NCBI GenBank assembly: GCA_041651155.1
Contig: JBAZJU010000006.1
Span: 4,638 to 68,637 of the forward strand
Length of the DNA stretch: 64,000 nucleotides
Direction of reading: 5' to 3'
Origin: Patescibacteria group bacterium
GTDB lineage: Bacteria > Patescibacteriota > Patescibacteriia > CAIXNZ01
The position numbers and the translations under genes were made by a program. The notes beneath the pieces are model-generated. The model worked only from the letters and a program-made list of their open reading frames with translations, did not search any database and was not told the origin of the DNA. This document shows, piece by piece, positions 9,923 to 19,665 of the stretch (its first letter is position 1; each line of letters starts with the position of its first letter).

Positions 9923-10636
9923 ATGAACCAATCAAGCCATATCCAACAAATTAATATTTTACCAGTTTGTGCAGGGGTACGCGCGGTAGGATTAGTAAGA
10001 CCCAGATTTGATCCTATACAGCAGGGTTTTTTACCGCCTCAATTAGATGTAATAGGAACAGCCTTTCTGTTAAAAGGCTATGAGGTAATAATCACTTGCG
10101 AGCATGTTGTAAGAGATTTTGTAAATAATCCTACTGAAATAATCGGAATGCTTGTAATAGGGAAACAAGGAATTTATTTTCCAGTTTCGATTGATTCTAC
10201 TGATTTTGCCCACGATTTAGCAATTCTAAGGTTTAGGAAAAATCCTAATATAACAGATGAAAAATTTAAAGAATTTTTAGGTAATGAATTCTCCACTGGT
10301 CTTGAATTAACAGATAGATATCCCGATGTATCAACTAAAGTTGGTTACGCAGGCTACCCTATGGGTACTCAATTATTGAATCAAAAACACGATCCCACAT
10401 ATTCAGAAGGGGTTGTGGGTATAAAATTGTGCGAGACAGATATCAGGAAAGAAATTAGGATAACAGGACCAGTTGCGGGAGGATTTAGTGGCTCGCCAAT
10501 TGTATTGAAAGAAAGTCCACAAAAAGTTATAGCAGCGCTTGCAAATAGCCCAACTAAAGAAGCAGGTGATGCAAATATTTTTTCTGGGATTTCATGGGAA
10601 CATATTAAGGCTATAGCAACCTTGGCAAAGTCATAA
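9923..10636 (+). CDS. Trypsin-like (S1) serine protease
   Basis: Catalytic triad motifs ITCEHVV, HDLAIL and GFSGSP. Confidence 0.85.
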   Translation: MNQSSHIQQINILPVCAGVRAVGLVRPRFDPIQQGFLPPQLDVIGTAFLLKGYEVIITCEHVVRDFVNNPTEIIGMLVIGKQGIYFPVSIDSTDFAHDLAILRFRKNPNITDEKFKEFLGNEFSTGLELTDRYPDVSTKVGYAGYPMGTQLLNQKHDPTYSEGVVGIKLCETDIRKEIRITGPVAGGFSGSPIVLKESPQKVIAALANSPTKEAGDANIFSGISWEHIKAIATLAKS

Positions 10637-10741
10637 TAATTAATTTAGATTTTTTTATATTTATTTTTGTCCCAACAAAACCAACCTGGCTTGGGCCAAG
10701 GTAAATCGCAACTAAATTAATATTAAAATAAAATAATTTTT

Positions 10742-10951
10742 ATGCCAATTATTGTAAATTATGAAAAATGCTGCTGGAAAGACGGCAAATGCACAGGTTG
10801 CAGCTGCGGCGGGACTTGTGTAGGCTGCGTTGAAATCTGCGCGAATCAGGCGATTACACGAGAAGATATTGTTAAAATTGATAAGAGCGCTTGCACTGAA
10901 TGCGGGGCATGTATTGCTGCCTGCAAACATGGCGCCTTGTCAATGGAATAA
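10742..10951 (+). CDS. 4Fe-4S dicluster ferredoxin
   Basis: CVGCVEIC and CTECGACIAAC motifs. Confidence 0.85.
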   Translation: MPIIVNYEKCCWKDGKCTGCSCGGTCVGCVEICANQAITREDIVKIDKSACTECGACIAACKHGALSME

Positions 10952-10959
10952 TTTAATTC

Positions 10960-10983
10960 AAAATAATTTAATTTTACGGATCA
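10960..10983 (+). repeat. 24-bp direct repeat left of dinD
   Basis: AAAATAATTTAATTTTACGGATCA, identical at 11851-11874. Confidence 0.85.
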
Positions 10984-11005
10984 GCCTTTAATACTAACTC
11001 AAATT

Positions 11006-11857
11006 ATGCAAAAGCAAATTATTATTAAATTACATAAGAATTTTGAGGATTGCTCCCATGAAAATGACGGTGTGGAGTTTTGGTATGCTAGAGAATTACA
11101 AAGTCTTCTAGGCTATGATCGTTGGGAGAATTTTGAAAATGCCATAAAAAAGGCTAAAATCGCCTGCGAAAACTCAAAACAAAATACTGCTGATCATTTT
11201 CGTGACGTCACGAAAACGATCCCTATGCCCAAAGAAGCGAGCAAGGGAATACCCGATATTATGCTTACCCGTTATGCATGTTATCTTATAGCTCAAAATG
11301 GTGACCCAAGGAAAGATGAAATCGCTTTTGCCATGACCTATTTTGCTGTGCAGACCAGGAAACAAGAAGTTGTGGAACAAAGAATAGAACAATGGGAAAG
11401 ATTGCAGGCGCGAGAAAAGCTTTCATTGTCTGAAAAAGAATTGTCAGGAGTTTTGTTTGAACGAGGAGTAGATGGCGCCGGGTTTGCCCGAATTCGCAGT
11501 AAAGGAGACGCGGCATTATTTGGCGGTCACACGACTCAAGAGATGAAAAGTAAGCTGGGAGTTGCGGATAATAGACCATTAGCTGATTTCTTGCCCCGCG
11601 TGACAATTAAAGCCAAGGATTTGGCGAATGAAATTACCAGTTTTAATGTTAAACGAGATAAGTCTTTGAAGGGCGAAACGCCAATTACCTCTGAACATGT
11701 GAAAAATAACCAAAATATCCGCGAGGTTTTAGACAAAAGCGGAATTAGACCTGAAGCCTTGCCTCCGGAAGAAGATATTAAAAAATTAGAACGGAAATTG
11801 AAATCTGAAGATAAAAAATTGCCAAAGAATGTTAAAAAATTAAGTAATAAAAAATAA
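11006..11857 (+). CDS. dinD: DNA damage-inducible protein D (BRO-N family)
   Basis: EFWYARELQSLLGY, LTRYACYLIAQNGDPRKDEIAFA, YFAVQTRKQE and RPLADFLP motifs. Confidence 0.9.
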   Translation: MQKQIIIKLHKNFEDCSHENDGVEFWYARELQSLLGYDRWENFENAIKKAKIACENSKQNTADHFRDVTKTIPMPKEASKGIPDIMLTRYACYLIAQNGDPRKDEIAFAMTYFAVQTRKQEVVEQRIEQWERLQAREKLSLSEKELSGVLFERGVDGAGFARIRSKGDAALFGGHTTQEMKSKLGVADNRPLADFLPRVTIKAKDLANEITSFNVKRDKSLKGETPITSEHVKNNQNIREVLDKSGIRPEALPPEEDIKKLERKLKSEDKKLPKNVKKLSNKK

Positions 11858-11874
11858 TTTAATTTTACGGATCA
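11851..11874 (+). repeat. 24-bp direct repeat right of dinD (overlaps its stop codon)
   Basis: Identical to 10960-10983. Confidence 0.85.
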
Positions 11875-11911
11875 ACCAAATCAAATAATATGCGAATGAT
11901 TATTTAAATTT

Positions 11912-12298
11912 ATGAATAACAAAGAAAATCCAATACCAATCTCGCACGGAAATGAAATAAATATACAAAAGCTAATTGATACTATAAAAGAAAAGTCATC
12001 AATGCTCGAAGAAATGCATACAGATATTGTTAAACAGATAGAAGATAAAGAAGCGCTTTACAATAGAGAGTTTATGAAATCTGCAAGTAAAATAAATTAT
12101 GGCTTGATAGCTGACTTAACTGAAGAAATTGAGACATTAAATGATATAGAAAAGAAAATTTTTGATGATCTACTTGAAGCTGAAGATTTATTGCAAGAAG
12201 GTGCAGAAAGCTTAAGAGATTATCAAGAATTGTCAGATTTGATTGAGAAAATAACTTTTTTAGAAAAATTGCTTAAAGCAGAACCAGGCAATAAATAA
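11912..12298 (+). CDS. Hypothetical acidic coiled-coil protein
   Basis: 128-aa ORF with heptad-like E/L-rich composition. Confidence 0.65.
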   Translation: MNNKENPIPISHGNEINIQKLIDTIKEKSSMLEEMHTDIVKQIEDKEALYNREFMKSASKINYGLIADLTEEIETLNDIEKKIFDDLLEAEDLLQEGAESLRDYQELSDLIEKITFLEKLLKAEPGNK

Positions 12299-12332
12299 TC
12301 ATTAATATTAAAAAAAATATTTTTAAAATAAC

Positions 12333-13118
12333 ATGATATTAAAACATCCGGATCTATCTCCTGATTATCCTATAATTGACCGAAGAAGAACTGAAAAATT
12401 ATATAAAGATGAATTTAAAAGGCATTTGCGGGCTTATGATTTAACCCCCGCTGATTTGCAGGGTAAAAGAATTTTGGATATTGCCAGCGGGTTAGAATTG
12501 TATTTTCCCATCGCGGCTGCCATGGCTGGTTTTGAGAATGTCTATTCTCTGGATATTAGAAAAACACCGCTTATTCAAAAAGCAGAGGCTCTGCATTATC
12601 ATGAGGCTAAATTATATCCTCATCTTAGGCGAGTCAAAGAAAACATACCGCCCAAAATTTTAGAAAGTGTTAAACAGAAATATGTTCAGGCCAACGCTGA
12701 GAAGCTGCCATTTAAAGACCAATCATTTGATCTGATTCTTTCCAGATATGCCATTCCATTGATCCTTTTACCTGAAAGAAAAAAAGCGGCCAGGCAGGCA
12801 ATCCAGGAAATTTTGCGGGTTTTAAAAAATAATGGCCAATTCAGATTTTTTAGCGTTGAGGAAAATTTTTCTCTAAAAGAAAATATCCCCAAGGAATTAG
12901 AAAAATTTTTGGTTAAGTTTATGGCCAAAAACGTCGCGCTTAATGAATTATTGGAAAAAATGGCCCAGGAAAAACTTTTAGAATATGAAACAAAAAATGT
13001 CTATCAGAAAACAACCAAATATTTCCGGCCAAAAAATAAAGAGGGATTATTAGCCTATCAAAATATCCGTCAGATGAAGATTATTAGAAAAGTTAAAGCC
13101 ACAGAAAAAAGGAAATAA
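12333..13118 (+). CDS. Class I SAM-dependent methyltransferase
   Basis: ILDIASG motif I, AEKLPFKDQSFDLILS and EILRVLKNNG. Confidence 0.85.
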   Translation: MILKHPDLSPDYPIIDRRRTEKLYKDEFKRHLRAYDLTPADLQGKRILDIASGLELYFPIAAAMAGFENVYSLDIRKTPLIQKAEALHYHEAKLYPHLRRVKENIPPKILESVKQKYVQANAEKLPFKDQSFDLILSRYAIPLILLPERKKAARQAIQEILRVLKNNGQFRFFSVEENFSLKENIPKELEKFLVKFMAKNVALNELLEKMAQEKLLEYETKNVYQKTTKYFRPKNKEGLLAYQNIRQMKIIRKVKATEKRK

Positions 13119-13145
13119 ATGTTATAAATAAATAATTTAAAATCC

Positions 13146-13838
13146 ATGAAAAAGCTTCTTATTATTTTCGCTTTCATTGTTTTACTAGCCGGCTGTTCTT
13201 TGCAGTCTATTTTCAAGCCAAATCAACCCATTGCCAATCTTAACCAGCCCCAGTTTATCACAAATTTTAAGGAATGCGCCGCAACTGGTAATCCGGTTAT
13301 GGAAAGTTATCCCAGGCAATGCCGCGCTAATGACCAGACTTTTACGGAAATTTTAGCCAAAGTGGGTGATAGTTGTATTCAAAGCGCTGATTGCCAGTTG
13401 CCTATGGACTATGCTGCTCGTTCCAATTGTCCGTACAAGGCTTATTGTTATAAGCAGAAATGCGCAGTGGGCTGTCCTTCGTGGGCGGAAAAAACCAATA
13501 CCTGGGAGGTAAAATGTCAGACTGATAAAGATTGTAATTGTGCCAGCTGGAATGAACAGACAAATTATATTTGCGCTTGTGTTGACAATCAATGCGCTTC
13601 TATTGTTTCTGAGCCGGGCTCTGAACAACAACCCGGTCCGGTCTCCGGGGATTATGCTGGCGATTGCGTTAAAAATAATGGTACCTGGCTGGATCAATAT
13701 CAGGAATGCGAATATACTAACCAGACATGGTGTGAAAAATTCGGCGGGGTTTTTAAAGAGTGTGAATCAGCTTGCCGTCATGATCCGCAGGCACAAGTGT
13801 GCACCCTGCAATGCGTGCCAGTCTGCCAGTTTAAATAA
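13146..13838 (+). CDS. Cys-rich lipoprotein
   Basis: LAGC lipobox; ITNFKECAATGNPVMESYPRQC module and further disulfide-type modules. Confidence 0.8.
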   Translation: MKKLLIIFAFIVLLAGCSLQSIFKPNQPIANLNQPQFITNFKECAATGNPVMESYPRQCRANDQTFTEILAKVGDSCIQSADCQLPMDYAARSNCPYKAYCYKQKCAVGCPSWAEKTNTWEVKCQTDKDCNCASWNEQTNYICACVDNQCASIVSEPGSEQQPGPVSGDYAGDCVKNNGTWLDQYQECEYTNQTWCEKFGGVFKECESACRHDPQAQVCTLQCVPVCQFK

Positions 13839-13852
13839 ATAATTTTAAATCC

Positions 13853-14278
13853 ATGAAAAAGCTTTTTATCATTTTTGCTTTTATTGTTTTGCTAGCCGGC
13901 TGTTCTTTGCAGCCAATCACCAAACCAAATCAGTTGCCTAATAACACCAATCAACGCGCCTGCACTCAGGAAGCTAAACTTTGTCCTGATGGTTCAGCTG
14001 TGGGACGAACTGGCTCTAATTGCGAATTTGCGCCTTGTCCGGAAGTTAATTCTGCACTTTCTGAAGCAGAAGCCCGCGCTATTGCAGAAAAGGCCTGCAT
14101 TAAAGGCGGTGAGGCATTAAGCGCAGGAACTTATAATGCCATTACTAAAACCTGGTGGTTTGATGCTAATTTAAATGCTACCAAGCCAGGCTGCAATCCT
14201 GCTTGCGTGGTCAGTGAAACCACCAAAACTGCTGAAATAAACTGGCGCTGTACTGGCCTAATTCCGCCAAATCAATAA
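13853..14278 (+). CDS. Cys-rich lipoprotein
   Basis: LAGC lipobox with a signal peptide nearly identical to the previous gene; ACTQEAKLCPDGSAVGRTGSNCEFAPCP module. Confidence 0.8.
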   Translation: MKKLFIIFAFIVLLAGCSLQPITKPNQLPNNTNQRACTQEAKLCPDGSAVGRTGSNCEFAPCPEVNSALSEAEARAIAEKACIKGGEALSAGTYNAITKTWWFDANLNATKPGCNPACVVSETTKTAEINWRCTGLIPPNQ

Positions 14279-14323
14279 ATCTAATACCTATTACTAATTA
14301 CTTATTACTAATTACCAACATTT

Positions 14324-14620
14324 ATGGATCAACCTAATCAACAGGGTCAGCAACAAATCAATGTTAAGGCCGTTGACGAAATCCTGGCTGGTAAGTATAC
14401 TAATATGATGCAGGTAGCGCACACTAAAGAAGAATTTGTCCTGGATTTTATGAATATTCTGCCGCCCCAGGGAATTTTAAATGCCAGAGTTATTACCAGC
14501 CCGGGCCACATGAAAAGAATTATTAAAGCCTTACAGGATAATATGGAAAAATATGAGCAGTCATTTGGCTCAATTAATGAGGCTGAGGCGCCTAAAGGCA
14601 CGCCATTTCCGATTATTTAG
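14324..14620 (+). CDS. DUF3467-like protein
   Basis: GKYTNMMQVAHTKEEFVLDF...ARVITSPGHMKRIIKALQDNMEKYE pattern. Confidence 0.8.
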   Translation: MDQPNQQGQQQINVKAVDEILAGKYTNMMQVAHTKEEFVLDFMNILPPQGILNARVITSPGHMKRIIKALQDNMEKYEQSFGSINEAEAPKGTPFPII

Positions 14621-14719
14621 GAGAGCTGAACCACTAAATTTTTATCACAAAACTCACTAAAAAAACATTTTGTGTTTTTTGTGAATTAATTTCGTGGTTC
14701 AGAAATTCATTTAAAAACT

Positions 14720-15820
14720 ATGCCTAATTTTGAACCAAAATTTGAACAACCAACAAAAACCAGCTTTGATTATGAGCAAGCGGCTCTTTTGGCGCGACAA
14801 AAAATTGAATTGGAAACCAGCCAGGACAAGCAAAAAAAAGCCCAGGTTAAAAGAGAAATCAAAGAAACTTATGGCGCTGAAGGCCAGGCTGGGCGCAGAA
14901 TTTTTGATTTGGAATTGGCAAAACAAAGATTAGAATTGGAAAAGGAAAAATCATTGGGGGAAGGAGAAATTAAATTAAAGGTTGATAAAAGGCAGATTGA
15001 TTTTGACAAAAATACACAAAGTTTTGATTACCCGACAGAAAAAGGATTTACACAAAAAGTCAGCCAGGGCGATTTACTGGCTGATATTAATTGGGGTTTG
15101 TATTATGGATTAAGTCACGATGTGCCAAAAGAATTTAAGGACCAATACATTGAAGCTGTCTATGATCGGGAAATCGCTAAAATATTTGACCAGCAATTAA
15201 TTATTCAGCGCCGTGAGCTTGAACGCGATCAGATTGATGATCTTTTGGACAGGACGTATCAGATAATCGGCGTTAATCTGGAAAGCAAAGGCAGTGAATC
15301 AGCCGGACTGCTTTTTGAAAAAATGATTAAAAATATTTTAAGCAAAGTAGCAATTGATTTGAAAAAATACGGCTTGAAAATCGAGCCGGCCACAGTTATT
15401 GAAGACGTAGAGGAAAAAATTGATTTTATAATCAAACATAAAAAGAATCGCGGGGTTGGTTTTGAAGAAATAAAAGAATCAGAAGGCGCGGAAGAAACAC
15501 TAGGCATCCAGTTTACTTTGAAAAGCGCCAAATCAGAAGATTTTAAGCATAAGCAAAGACAGGTAGCCAGGGCGCTTGAAAAACCGCATGAAATTGATGA
15601 TTTGGTTTTAATTTCAGTGCCAGTTGAACACGATGTGATTTTTGGCAATTATAAAAAATGGCAAAAGCATGACAAGCTGCCTGGCGGCCCGGAAAATTGT
15701 TTTAAGCCAGAGGTCATTGTTAATTTTATAAAAGAGATATTGAAAAATACAGATTTGGCCAAGGATGATGACTTTTTGCAAGATGTTAAGGAATATTTTG
15801 AAGGGAAAAGGGGGAATTAG
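14720..15820 (+). CDS. Hypothetical protein, possibly with a PD-(D/E)XK-like C-terminal domain
   Basis: 366-aa ORF; EDVEEKIDFII...LGIQFT motif. Confidence 0.6.
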   Translation: MPNFEPKFEQPTKTSFDYEQAALLARQKIELETSQDKQKKAQVKREIKETYGAEGQAGRRIFDLELAKQRLELEKEKSLGEGEIKLKVDKRQIDFDKNTQSFDYPTEKGFTQKVSQGDLLADINWGLYYGLSHDVPKEFKDQYIEAVYDREIAKIFDQQLIIQRRELERDQIDDLLDRTYQIIGVNLESKGSESAGLLFEKMIKNILSKVAIDLKKYGLKIEPATVIEDVEEKIDFIIKHKKNRGVGFEEIKESEGAEETLGIQFTLKSAKSEDFKHKQRQVARALEKPHEIDDLVLISVPVEHDVIFGNYKKWQKHDKLPGGPENCFKPEVIVNFIKEILKNTDLAKDDDFLQDVKEYFEGKRGN

Positions 15821-15824
15821 GTTG

Positions 15825-15926
15825 GGTGAAAAGCCCATTTGTCATTCAGAACGAAGTGAAGAATCTATTACATCCAGTATCCCACGCTATGCTTTGAATG
15901 ACATAAGGACAAAGGGGCTTTTCGCC
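15825..15926. repeat. Palindromic REP/MITE-like element (GTCATTC...GAATGAC core), copy 1
   Basis: Outer IR GGTGAAAAGCCC..GGGCTTTTCGCC; homologous to 25885-25991. Confidence 0.75.
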
Positions 15927-15941
15927 TTTAATTGAATTATT

Positions 15942-17078
15942 ATGGGAAAAGATTACTACAATATTTTAGGCGTGGCAAAAAGCGCTTCCAAAGACGAGAT
16001 TAAAAAAGCCTTTCGCGAGAAGGCTCATGTTTTTCATCCAGATAAACCAGGCGGCGATGAAAAGAAATTTAAAGAAATCAATGAGGCTTACCAGGTTTTG
16101 AATAATGATCAGAAAAGGCAGCAATATGACCAGTTTGGAGCGACTTTTGATCAACAAGGCGGTTTTGGCGGTGGTATGGGTTGGGAAGATTTTATGCGCG
16201 CAGCCAGGCAAGGTGGGGGAACTTACAACAATGTTGATGTGGATATGGGAGATTTAGGTGATATTTTGGGTGATTTGTTTGGCGGTGGTTTTGGGTTTGG
16301 CGGAAATACGCGCAGACGCAAGACGACCACGCGCGGCCGTGACATTGAAGTTGATTTAAATCTTGATTTTAAAGAAGCTGTTTTTGGTACTGATAAAACA
16401 ATTGAATTATACAAATTAACCGCCTGCGATAGGTGTAATGGCAATGGCGCTGAGCCAGACACCAAGATTTCTGAATGCCAGGCCTGCAAGGGCCAGGGCA
16501 ATGTGCGTACTGTCCAGCGCACGATTTTGGGTCATATTCAGACAGTCAGAGATTGTCCTGAGTGCGGAGGCGAAGGCAAAAAGCCGGAAAAAGCCTGCAC
16601 AAAATGTGGCGGTACAGGCAGAACAAAGCAAAAAACAGATATTAATGTAAAAATACCAGCTGGCATTGATAATGGCATGAGTTTGAAAATGTCAGGCGCT
16701 GGCGAGGCTGGGATTAAAGGCGGTAAGGCAGGAGATTTATACCTTCATATTCATGTTAAGCCGGATCCATATTTTAAACGTGAAAATAATAATATTTTAA
16801 CCTCAATTGAAATACCATTTAGCGCTGCTTCCTTAGGCGCAAAAATTCCAGTTAAGACTATTGATGGCGAAGTTGAACTCAAAATTCCTGCTGGAACCCA
16901 GTCAGGCAATGTTTTTATTTTACGGGGCAAAGGCGCGCCTCATTTTCAGCATTATGGCTCGTCTTGGCCGAAGCCAGGCAAAGGCGATCAATTGGTGACA
17001 GTTAATATTAAAACCCCGGAACATTTGAGTAAAAAGCAAAAGGAATTGTTGGAGGAATTGAGGGGCGAGGGGATTTAA
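15942..17078 (+). CDS. dnaJ: Chaperone DnaJ
   Basis: J-domain HPD, G/F-rich region, four CxxCxGxG zinc-finger repeats. Confidence 0.98.
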   Translation: MGKDYYNILGVAKSASKDEIKKAFREKAHVFHPDKPGGDEKKFKEINEAYQVLNNDQKRQQYDQFGATFDQQGGFGGGMGWEDFMRAARQGGGTYNNVDVDMGDLGDILGDLFGGGFGFGGNTRRRKTTTRGRDIEVDLNLDFKEAVFGTDKTIELYKLTACDRCNGNGAEPDTKISECQACKGQGNVRTVQRTILGHIQTVRDCPECGGEGKKPEKACTKCGGTGRTKQKTDINVKIPAGIDNGMSLKMSGAGEAGIKGGKAGDLYLHIHVKPDPYFKRENNNILTSIEIPFSAASLGAKIPVKTIDGEVELKIPAGTQSGNVFILRGKGAPHFQHYGSSWPKPGKGDQLVTVNIKTPEHLSKKQKELLEELRGEGI

Positions 17079-17234
17079 ATTTTTAGGCAAAAAATGCAAC
17101 GGAACTCTTCTTCTTGTAGGCGCGATATCGTTATCGCGCCTTCGTTGTGGAATAAAGGGCATTTTTTGCCTAGAATTTTGTTTGACAGGTGATTTTATGC
17201 TATAATAAAGCCAAGAAAATTAAATATCCACAGT

Positions 17235-17759
17235 ATGGATTTTTTAACCAATATTAACTGGGCGCAGCCTAATTGGGATTTATTTATAATCTTGTTTTTT
17301 GTGGTGGCTGCCTTTTTATACGGCCTATCTTTAGGCCGCGACCGCGTGATTGTGATTTTGGTCAGCATTTATATGGGCTTGGCCATAGTTAACACAGCTC
17401 CTTATTTAAATGATTTTAGCGCTGAGATCAACTTTAACAATGCCTCAATTTTTAAAGTCACGATTTTTCTGGGCATTTTTATTGCCTTGTTTTTTCTGCT
17501 ATCGCGCAGCGCTTTACTCCACACTATTGCCGCCTCTGACAGCCCTGGACGATGGTGGCAGTCAATTTTGTTTTCTTTTTTCCATGTAGGACTAATGATT
17601 AGCATTGTGATGGCTTATTTGCCTAAAGAGGTAGTTAACAATGTTTCTGAGGGCATGAGGAATTTATTTATTTCTGATCCGGCGAAGTTTTTCTGGCTGG
17701 TTGCGCCGATTGTGGTGATGGTTTTGATTAGGAAGAGTAAGAAGAGTATAGAAGGGTAG
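17235..17759 (+). CDS. Membrane protein (CvpA-like)
   Basis: About five TM helices; N-terminal DLFIILFFVVAAFLYGLSLGRDR; TTGACA...TATAAT promoter upstream. Confidence 0.6.
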   Translation: MDFLTNINWAQPNWDLFIILFFVVAAFLYGLSLGRDRVIVILVSIYMGLAIVNTAPYLNDFSAEINFNNASIFKVTIFLGIFIALFFLLSRSALLHTIAASDSPGRWWQSILFSFFHVGLMISIVMAYLPKEVVNNVSEGMRNLFISDPAKFFWLVAPIVVMVLIRKSKKSIEG

Positions 17760-17989
17760 GATGAGGAAATGACAAATAACAAATACCAAACCTTCGTTTG
17801 CCGTAGCAAACTACGGTTTGCAAAGGCAAATGACTCGTCTCGGCTTCAGATTTAAAGAGTAGAAATTTAACTTTTTTAAATCCGAGCCGAAGTCGGACAA
17901 AATAAATTCAAATTCCAAATTTTAAATCACAAAAAATTCGTATATTCGCCTGCCGGCAGGCAGGTACTGATCCGTAATTCGTAGGATTT

Positions 17990-18664
17990 ATGAGATTAAA
18001 TAGGATTACCATCATTTGTCTGGCAATCGCTGGTTTATTAACGAGCGGAGTTTTGCTTGCCAAGGCTGCTGGATTTGTCAGCTATGAGCCAAATGCTGAT
18101 CCGCAAAAAACAAAAATTATTCTCTGGGATAATGTTAAAATCGCGCCATCAAACAGGGTTGATTGCGCAGCCGATCCAAATAGCAATGACTGCCAGGTTG
18201 GCTTGAATATTTCTGATTCAGGCTCAGCAGTGAGCGCAGGTAATGTTTTTTTGGGCAATGGACGCGATCTTTTTATAAAAAAATCTATGGGTTTTGATTG
18301 CGCTGATTATCCCGCAACTCCCAAATGCAATACGCAAATTGGCGATACGGGCAGTAATATATTTTTGCAGATTGGCCAGATCTCCGGCCAGAATCTGGTA
18401 TTGCAATCTCAAAGCAGCGGGATAAGCCTGGGCGGAACCTCGCTGGAAATAACAGGCAAAATAATTCTGGCTTCAGCTAAAGATTTAATCATGACTGCAA
18501 ATCCCATTACACTCACGCCCAATAGCGTTTTTAGCGATAATTTACAGGTTAATGAAATTATTGATTTGCCAGGCTCGGGCTTGGCTGTCTCGCTTTTAAA
18601 ATTAAATCAAGGCTCATTTTTTTTGACTAATAAGCTGATTCAATACACGCCCCCTTTGCAATAA
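17990..18664 (+). CDS. Secreted beta-rich hypothetical protein
   Basis: Signal peptide ending AKA; G/S/N/I-rich with paired Cys. Confidence 0.7.
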   Translation: MRLNRITIICLAIAGLLTSGVLLAKAAGFVSYEPNADPQKTKIILWDNVKIAPSNRVDCAADPNSNDCQVGLNISDSGSAVSAGNVFLGNGRDLFIKKSMGFDCADYPATPKCNTQIGDTGSNIFLQIGQISGQNLVLQSQSSGISLGGTSLEITGKIILASAKDLIMTANPITLTPNSVFSDNLQVNEIIDLPGSGLAVSLLKLNQGSFFLTNKLIQYTPPLQ

Positions 18665-18672
18665 TTTTTAAT

Positions 18673-19629
18673 ATGAGAAGAATCTATAAATTTTGCCTTA
18701 TTGCCAGCGCCCTTATTTTAACCATTTTAATCGGTAATTTTGTCTTGGCCGCAGGCCAGGGTTATTTTTTAGAAAAGGGCAATGAAGTTTATATTTATGA
18801 TAATTTGCAGGTCAATGGCTATTTAGCTGCAGCCAAAGATAATTCTAAAATAAGCGGAATAAGCGGTGATATTTTGATCGGAGCAGATTTTAACGCAGAT
18901 ATTAATTCTAATATTTATTTTTGCAAATCCGTTAATGTTACTAATGACTGTCCGCAAAAAGCCATGATCTGGCATGGTGGTCCGGATTTCTCATTAGAGG
19001 CCATTGATCCAAATTTTTATAAAATTCAGACAAATAAAATTTTGGGCATAAATTCAGATCTTAATTTATCTGCAGCTGATGGGAGTGAGATCAGTTCATC
19101 CAGTCCGATAAAAGTTACGGGCTGTTTAGCCGCTGATGGGAGCGCTGATTGTAATCAAGGTGAAGTCAAGACCAGCATAATGTATGTAGATAGTTTAAAT
19201 AGCTTGAATAAGTTTTGCGCTGGCGGGACAAATAGCGGTAAAACTTGTATTCAGCATCTTGATTGCCCAAACAGTGTTTGTCTGTCAATAATTAAATTAA
19301 ATCCAAGCACGCTCGTTTTTGAAGATTTAAATTTAGGTGAAATCGGTACTGCAAGATTAAATAATATAACTTTACCCGATGAAACAGGAGAGCAGAAGAC
19401 AACAGCGCCGCAAATAAATTTGCAGAATGTTTGTTATGTGGCAAGCAGCTTATCATCTGATTGCCTTTCACCTGCAAATGGCGCGGTGGTTGCCCCCAGC
19501 ACGTTTTTAGCGCAAAACCCTTCATGGAATTTCACCAGCACGCTTTATCCCGCCGGTTTTCAAGGCGATAATAATAAAAAAATTTGCTGCAATTTAAGCA
19601 TTATTTATCCTGTAGCGCCTGCACAATAA
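18673..19629 (+). CDS. Secreted Cys-containing hypothetical protein
   Basis: Signal peptide; CAGGTNSGKTCIQHLDCPNSVC module; ICC near the C-terminus. Confidence 0.7.
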   Translation: MRRIYKFCLIASALILTILIGNFVLAAGQGYFLEKGNEVYIYDNLQVNGYLAAAKDNSKISGISGDILIGADFNADINSNIYFCKSVNVTNDCPQKAMIWHGGPDFSLEAIDPNFYKIQTNKILGINSDLNLSAADGSEISSSSPIKVTGCLAADGSADCNQGEVKTSIMYVDSLNSLNKFCAGGTNSGKTCIQHLDCPNSVCLSIIKLNPSTLVFEDLNLGEIGTARLNNITLPDETGEQKTTAPQINLQNVCYVASSLSSDCLSPANGAVVAPSTFLAQNPSWNFTSTLYPAGFQGDNNKKICCNLSIIYPVAPAQ

Positions 19630-19665
19630 GACAACCTTTGGCTAAGATATTATTTACACTTAAAT

